From the NCBI GenBank assembly GCA_964439145.1, contig CAYTNL010000017.1, positions 13,102 to 77,101 of the forward strand: a DNA stretch of 64,000 bases, given 5' to 3'. The stretch's first letter is position 1, and each line of letters begins with the position of its first letter. This DNA comes from an uncultured Verrucomicrobiales bacterium (lineage in GTDB: Bacteria > Verrucomicrobiota > Verrucomicrobiia > Verrucomicrobiales > DEV007). A program made the position numbers and the translations under genes. Below the pieces are notes generated by a model. That model searched no databases, was not told the origin of the DNA, and worked only from the letters and a program-made list of their open reading frames with translations. Positions 59,982 to 64,000 of this stretch are shown one piece after another.

Positions 59982-61430
59982 TCAGTTTCCAAAACTCGCC
60001 ACCGGTTCCGGCAGCTCCCGATCAATCTCGCTGACCCGGTAGCCGAAGCCCTGATCAGACAGGGTTGACCCGTCGAGGATACCCTGTTGCCTCCGGAAAA
60101 GGCCCGGGTGGATCTCCTGCTCCGGCAGACTCGCCTCCGGATAGAACTGCATCCCGTTGCTCTCCACCCCCATGATCGTCCCCGCATGCGCGGCGAGGAG
60201 GAAATGCGGCACCTGCGCCAGCATCGGATTCGTCAGGTCCTGCACCATCAGCGTCATCCCGTGCGCCTTCGCCCAGCACAGACTCAGTAGCGCGCCCGTC
60301 TGGGTCTTGCAGGTCTTCAGCGCCACCCCCGTCCAGCCCAGTTCGCGCCCCATCCTGACATAACGCCAATCATGGGCACTCTCGTCCATGAACAGCGGCT
60401 TGCGGGCGCTCACGCTGTGCACATCGATCCGGTGCGCCTCCAGATCGTAGGGAAACGGCTGCTCCACGTAGAGGATCTTCTGATGGCAGGCGGGGAAATC
60501 GTCCCTCAGCTGATCGAGGATGCCGTTCACATAGCCCGGCTCCGTGACCGTGCAGTTGAAGTCCGTCGTCAGCCAGTCGACATCCTCCTCCCGCGCGATC
60601 TGCCCGATCGCCTCCAGCCGGGCGTAGTCCCAGTCGCGGTCGTTGCCGCGCAGTTTGATCTTCAGACAATTCAGCCCGTCCCGGCGTATCCAGTCCCGCA
60701 GCAGCACCGGGTAGCCATCGTCCGGTTCCGCGCCAGTGAGATCGTCGAGACAGATGGGATCCAGTCCGCCCACCAGGTGCCAGACCGGCAACTTCTTCGG
60801 CGCGTCCTTCAGCAGGAAATCCGCCGGATATTTCCCCGAAAAATCCACCTGATCCGCCCCCGCCGCCGGCTCCAGATAGTGGCTCAGGTCGCGCGACAGA
60901 TACTCCGGCCCGTAAGTCGCGTAAGTGGGTCGATCATGCAGCTTTCCGAAGGCGTCGTGCGCCGCGATGTCGAACAGTGAAAAACACACCAGCGCCGCCA
61001 AGTGCGGCAGATGGGCCTCCGCCGCGCGATCCGCGTTGAATTCGGTCCGCAGCTCCTCCAGCCGTCCCTCGATGAACGCGTGCCCGATCTCGAAAGCGTG
61101 CCCGCGTTCCTCGAACGTCGCGTAGGCCTCCGCGACCTTGACCGTGAAATCCTTCATCGCCAGGTGGCGCAGTTCGTAGTCGATGGACGCCGGCCACACC
61201 CAGCCCACCGACAGCGGCGTCTCCCCCCAGCCATCGCGCGAGGTCCCCGAACCGTCCTCCACCCGCACCCGTGCCCGCGCGCAGGTCACCGAATCCAGCA
61301 CCTGATTGCCGAATTTGAGTGGGACCCGCATTTCCACTGGCAGGAAGAATAGTTCGACTCCGCGAATGCGGACGGCGTGATCGGCGGCGGTGGCGGGCAT
61401 GGCAGGGGCGGGTGGGAGAAGCAGGGACAC
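59982..61430 (-). CDS. Enolase-superfamily enzyme (mandelate racemase/muconate-lactonizing family)
   Basis: LKIKLRG (KxK), TTDFNC (Asp ligand), YVEQPFP (Glu ligand), FMDESAH (Asp/Glu ligand). Unusually long at 482 aa. Confidence 0.65.
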   Translation of the reverse strand: MSLLLPPAPAMPATAADHAVRIRGVELFFLPVEMRVPLKFGNQVLDSVTCARARVRVEDGSGTSRDGWGETPLSVGWVWPASIDYELRHLAMKDFTVKVAEAYATFEERGHAFEIGHAFIEGRLEELRTEFNADRAAEAHLPHLAALVCFSLFDIAAHDAFGKLHDRPTYATYGPEYLSRDLSHYLEPAAGADQVDFSGKYPADFLLKDAPKKLPVWHLVGGLDPICLDDLTGAEPDDGYPVLLRDWIRRDGLNCLKIKLRGNDRDWDYARLEAIGQIAREEDVDWLTTDFNCTVTEPGYVNGILDQLRDDFPACHQKILYVEQPFPYDLEAHRIDVHSVSARKPLFMDESAHDWRYVRMGRELGWTGVALKTCKTQTGALLSLCWAKAHGMTLMVQDLTNPMLAQVPHFLLAAHAGTIMGVESNGMQFYPEASLPEQEIHPGLFRRQQGILDGSTLSDQGFGYRVSEIDRELPEPVASFGN

Positions 61431-61572
61431 GAACCGGGGCGAATCCGGTCCCCGTCAGATAACCGTCCCCCGCCCCGGCGTCAAACGCCCGGGCTCCGTA
61501 TCCGGTTGTGCATGGAGATCGGGCGCTGATCCATCGCTTGCGGTTTTTCGGGGATGACCGCATGATCGGCGG

Positions 61573-62529
61573 ATGATGAATCGACGACAACTGTTCAACA
61601 CCTCCCTGCGGGCAGGTATTCTCGTCGGCCTCGGCGGTCCCGCGTTCGTGGCGGCTCAGGATGCCGGGAAACGAAAATTCGCCATCGACCTGACACCCGG
61701 GGCAATCGGGGTGAAGGCGGATCCGCGGGCATTGCTCGATCTCGCCGCCGAGAACGGATTCGAGTCGGTGCAGCCGAATTCCGGATTTCTCGCCTCGCTC
61801 GACACCGCCGCGCGGAAGGAATACGTCGCCGCGCTCGGGGAAAAGGGACTGCGCTGGGGAGCCGCCGGATTGCCGGTCGATTTCCGCCAGGACGAGGAGA
61901 CCTTTCGCGCCGGCTTGTCCGATCTGCCGAAGCACGCCGCCGCTCTGCGCGACGCCGGCGCCACCCGGGTCGGCACCTGGCTCAAACCGTATCACGATTC
62001 CCTGACCTACCGGGCAAACTTCGACCAGCATGTCTCGCGACTGGAAGAGGTGACGAAGGTACTCGGCGACCACGGGCTGCGTTTCGGTCTGGAATACGTG
62101 GGAACGAAAACGCTCTGGACCAGCTCGCGGCATTCCTTCATTCACTCGATGGCAGAGGCGAAGGAACTCATCGCGGCGATCGATCAGCCGACGCTGGGTT
62201 TCGTGCTCGACAGTTGGCACTGGTTCACCGCCGGCGAGACCGCCGACGACATTCTCACCCTCACCAATGATGACGTGGTCGCCTGCGATCTCAACGACGC
62301 CCCGTCCGGCATCCCAGTCGAGGAGCAGCTCGACAATCAACGTGAACTTCCCGCCGCCACCGGAGTCATCGACGTGGCGGCCTTCCTCCAGTCTCTGGCG
62401 AAGATTGGCTACGATGGCCCGGTGCGGGCCGAGCCGTTCAACAAACCGCTGAATCAGCTCGAGGACGGCCCTGCTGCTGAGGCGACAGCGAACGCGATCC
62501 GGAAAGCGGTTGCCCAGGCCGGGCTGTGA
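61573..62529 (+). CDS. Xylose-isomerase-like TIM-barrel protein (sugar phosphate isomerase/epimerase) with Tat-type signal
   Basis: MMNRRQLFNTSLRAGILVGLGGPAFVAAQ (twin-arginine-like RRQLF). LEYVG...VLDSWHW...RAEPFN are typical AP_endonuc_2 blocks. Confidence 0.75.
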   Translation: MMNRRQLFNTSLRAGILVGLGGPAFVAAQDAGKRKFAIDLTPGAIGVKADPRALLDLAAENGFESVQPNSGFLASLDTAARKEYVAALGEKGLRWGAAGLPVDFRQDEETFRAGLSDLPKHAAALRDAGATRVGTWLKPYHDSLTYRANFDQHVSRLEEVTKVLGDHGLRFGLEYVGTKTLWTSSRHSFIHSMAEAKELIAAIDQPTLGFVLDSWHWFTAGETADDILTLTNDDVVACDLNDAPSGIPVEEQLDNQRELPAATGVIDVAAFLQSLAKIGYDGPVRAEPFNKPLNQLEDGPAAEATANAIRKAVAQAGL

Positions 62530-62570
62530 CGGAAAAGGGGAAATGGACCGTGACCGAAGAGGCTTGATTC

Positions 62571-62593
62571 GCCGACCCAACCCTCTTGAGTCC
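62571..62593 (+). repeat. Single copy of the recurrent motif
   Basis: gccgacccaaccctcTTGAGTcc, abutting the stop of the response-regulator remnant. Confidence 0.45.
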
Positions 62594-62596
62594 GGC

Positions 62597-62698
62597 TCAG
62601 CGAAACCGATAGCCGACTCCACGCACGGTCTCGATGATCGCGGGTTCGGCGGGGTCGTCCTCGATCTTTTTGCGCGACTTGGCGATGTATTGGAATCG
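62597..62698 (-). pseudogene. 3' remnant of an OmpR-family response regulator (winged-helix tail only)
   Basis: The minus-strand frame ending at TGA 62597-62599 reads RFQYIAKSRKKIEDDPAEPAIIETVRGVGYRFR*. The last ~25 aa match the canonical OmpR/PhoB C-terminus (LRKKIEDDP..P..I.TVRGVGYRF). Upstream in that frame there is no receiver or remaining wHTH sequence, and a stop follows after ~60 codons. Confidence 0.6.
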
Positions 62699-62869
62699 TC
62701 GTCGGCGAGTCGGAGAGAGCGCCGGAGGTGCCAGACGACGACGAGCAGGCGAGCAGACTGGCGAGGGTAGGGATGCGTGGTTTCATGGCAAACGCATCCT
62801 GCCACGACCGGGCGCGGCTTGCGTCAATCGACGGTGCGATCTTTGTAAAACTTCAGTAAAACGAAACAG

Positions 62870-63526
62870 CTACCAAGCGAAGGAGAGGCGGATACCGATC
62901 TTCGCCGCCAGCTCATTGGCTTCGTCGGATTCGGCAAACTCCCCGGAGTTCGCGAAGTGAATCCGCTCGGACAAACGGGATGGGGTTTCCCCTCCACGGT
63001 CCCACAACACGAGACAAAGCTCGTCGGTATGCCGACCGCGATAGCGGATGCCGTCGAACCTGGCGGGATGCTGGGCGATCCTCTCCGCCCACGCCCGCGG
63101 GATCGCCAGATCGGACGCGTAGAGCGCGCCCGCGTCCAGCCCCGTAGCGAGGCGGGTTTCGCTGTCGGTCAGATCGCATAGTCTCAGATCGCCGGGCAGA
63201 TTCGACACCTCTAGGTAGGCCCACCGCTCCGCCTGGGGCAGGGGAATGACATAGACCTCCCGGCCCAGATCCCGATGCGCCGCCATCCGGTCGCCCCAGA
63301 CCTCGGCCACGGTCGTGAGTCGTGAGGAGGCCAGATAGATGCAGGGAAAATCTCCGCTTTCCGGCGTCAGCCGCGAGCCGGGACTCGGGAAAAACTGGTT
63401 CGCGAATTCCTTTCGGTAGAGTCGATGCCAGGTCTCGCCCACCGTGTCCGACAGCGGCGTGACCGGGATGCTCCGCCGATCAAAGGCCGCCTGCTCCGGC
63501 GCTTGTCGGATTACCCGGTCGGCCAT
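62870..63526 (-). CDS. RES-domain protein (putative NAD+-targeting toxin)
   Basis: 218 aa. GSRLTPESGDFPCIYLASSRLTTVAEVW (Arg...Glu context) and FDGIRYRGRHTDELCLVLWD resemble the RES-domain core. Sits 23 nt downstream of an Xre/MbcA/ParS-type antitoxin gene. Confidence 0.6.
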   Translation of the reverse strand: MADRVIRQAPEQAAFDRRSIPVTPLSDTVGETWHRLYRKEFANQFFPSPGSRLTPESGDFPCIYLASSRLTTVAEVWGDRMAAHRDLGREVYVIPLPQAERWAYLEVSNLPGDLRLCDLTDSETRLATGLDAGALYASDLAIPRAWAERIAQHPARFDGIRYRGRHTDELCLVLWDRGGETPSRLSERIHFANSGEFAESDEANELAAKIGIRLSFAW

Positions 63527-63549
63527 GAGGACATCGGGAAGTGAACACC

Positions 63550-63996
63550 TCAGCGCGCGTCCGCGGCGACCGCCGCCAAGACGTCATCGACACGCCCCTC
63601 GCGCAGCGCTTCCAGTGGAGGACGACCGCCGGTGAGGGGGTGGGCCTGGAGGAGAAAGGCGAACGCGCTCAGCGGACTGGTGGCGTCCAGCTCCGCGCGG
63701 ATAGCGGCGAGCACCTCGGGCAAGCCGGCCCAGACCCCGCCCTCGGGACGAAACTGCCACACCGGCACCAGATAGTCGCCGCCGCCACTGCGATAGGCCA
63801 GCACCTTCCCGTTGCGAATCTGCAGGGCGAGCCCCTGGCGGGTGACGCCATCCGGGGGACGAAACAGCACCCGCGCCCGCTCTACATTGACGCACCCGCC
63901 CTCGGCCCGGAGCAGTTCGGCGAGCCCCTCGTCGCCGGTGGCGTAGCCCTCCACCGCCAGCTCCCCCAGCCGCGAGCGCACTGCGTCGCCCATCAT
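63550..63996 (-). CDS. MbcA/ParS/Xre-type antitoxin (DUF2384-like C-terminal toxin-binding domain)
   Basis: The C-terminus PLSAFAFLLQAHPLTGGRPPLEALREGRVDDVLAAV matches the DUF2384 pattern (...L.G.rPldll..G....V). The N-terminal half looks like a wHTH (ALQIRNGKVLAYRSGGGDYLVPVWQF). Confidence 0.6.
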   Translation of the reverse strand: MMGDAVRSRLGELAVEGYATGDEGLAELLRAEGGCVNVERARVLFRPPDGVTRQGLALQIRNGKVLAYRSGGGDYLVPVWQFRPEGGVWAGLPEVLAAIRAELDATSPLSAFAFLLQAHPLTGGRPPLEALREGRVDDVLAAVAADAR

Positions 63997-64000
63997 CCGC

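Noticed and set aside
62454-62786. 110-aa ORF with a lipoprotein-like N-terminus (MKPRIPTLASLLACSSSS)
   Set aside because: After the first ~25 residues the translation is Arg-rich and unprotein-like. It overlaps the 3' end of the isomerase gene, and a different frame of the same DNA encodes an obvious response-regulator tail. I kept it only as context for the pseudogene call.
60934-62805. 623-aa ORF on the minus strand
   Set aside because: It overlaps both the enolase-superfamily gene (different frame) and the TIM-barrel isomerase gene (antisense). It is Arg/Gly/Pro-rich and low-complexity, so it is a shadow ORF.
1-64000. tRNA, rRNA, tmRNA, RNase P RNA, CRISPR arrays, transposases/integrases, prophage genes
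   Set aside because: I scanned the intergenic regions by eye for T-loop-like GGTTCGA motifs, regularly spaced direct repeats and IS-like terminal repeats and found none. This is a manual scan, so small or degenerate elements could have been missed.

Overview
About 64 kb of high-GC (roughly 62-66% by eye) bacterial chromosome, densely coding on both strands. The protein repertoire (FG-GAP/VCBS + ASPIC proteins, PQQ-like propellers, an SHD1-like secreted protein, a sulfotransferase in a glycan cluster, Pro-rich tails, weak Shine-Dalgarno usage) suggests the PVC superphylum, probably Verrucomicrobiota; that placement is inference only. I call about 60 protein genes. Most are housekeeping: trpS, argS, leuS, asd, argH, recG, ruvA, ychF, a tatC derivative, nuoA, a polyprenyl synthase, Fur, NIF3 and Mpg. 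The window also holds one small SRP RNA (minus strand, ~37.5 kb), an envelope-glycan operon (WecA-like, GT2, sulfotransferase, acetyltransferase, GT4) translationally coupled to recG, an ECF sigma/anti-sigma module, a sugar-acid block (gluconokinase, enolase-superfamily enzyme, TIM-barrel isomerase) and a RES/Xre-type toxin-antitoxin pair at the right edge. I saw no rRNA, tRNA, CRISPR array, transposase or prophage. Items worth a second look: (1) a recurrent intergenic motif (ACCCTsT + hexamer) found at least 10 times, five times as a tandem dimer with an exact 16-nt spacer and three times as a back-to-back divergent pair, nearly always at gene boundaries; (2) a TatC with a ~105-aa insertion in a periplasmic loop and a ~235-aa cytoplasmic tail made of a His/Asp-rich segment plus a ComEA-like helix-hairpin-helix domain; (3) an unlisted 48-aa Cys-rich lipoprotein ORF; (4) an orphan 307-aa gene with lower GC; (5) two tandem TM/coiled-coil/beta-barrel paralogs, one ending in DPF repeats; (6) an active/inactive Deg-like protease pair. 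All functional calls rest on motifs read from the translations and recalled family signatures. No database search was run.
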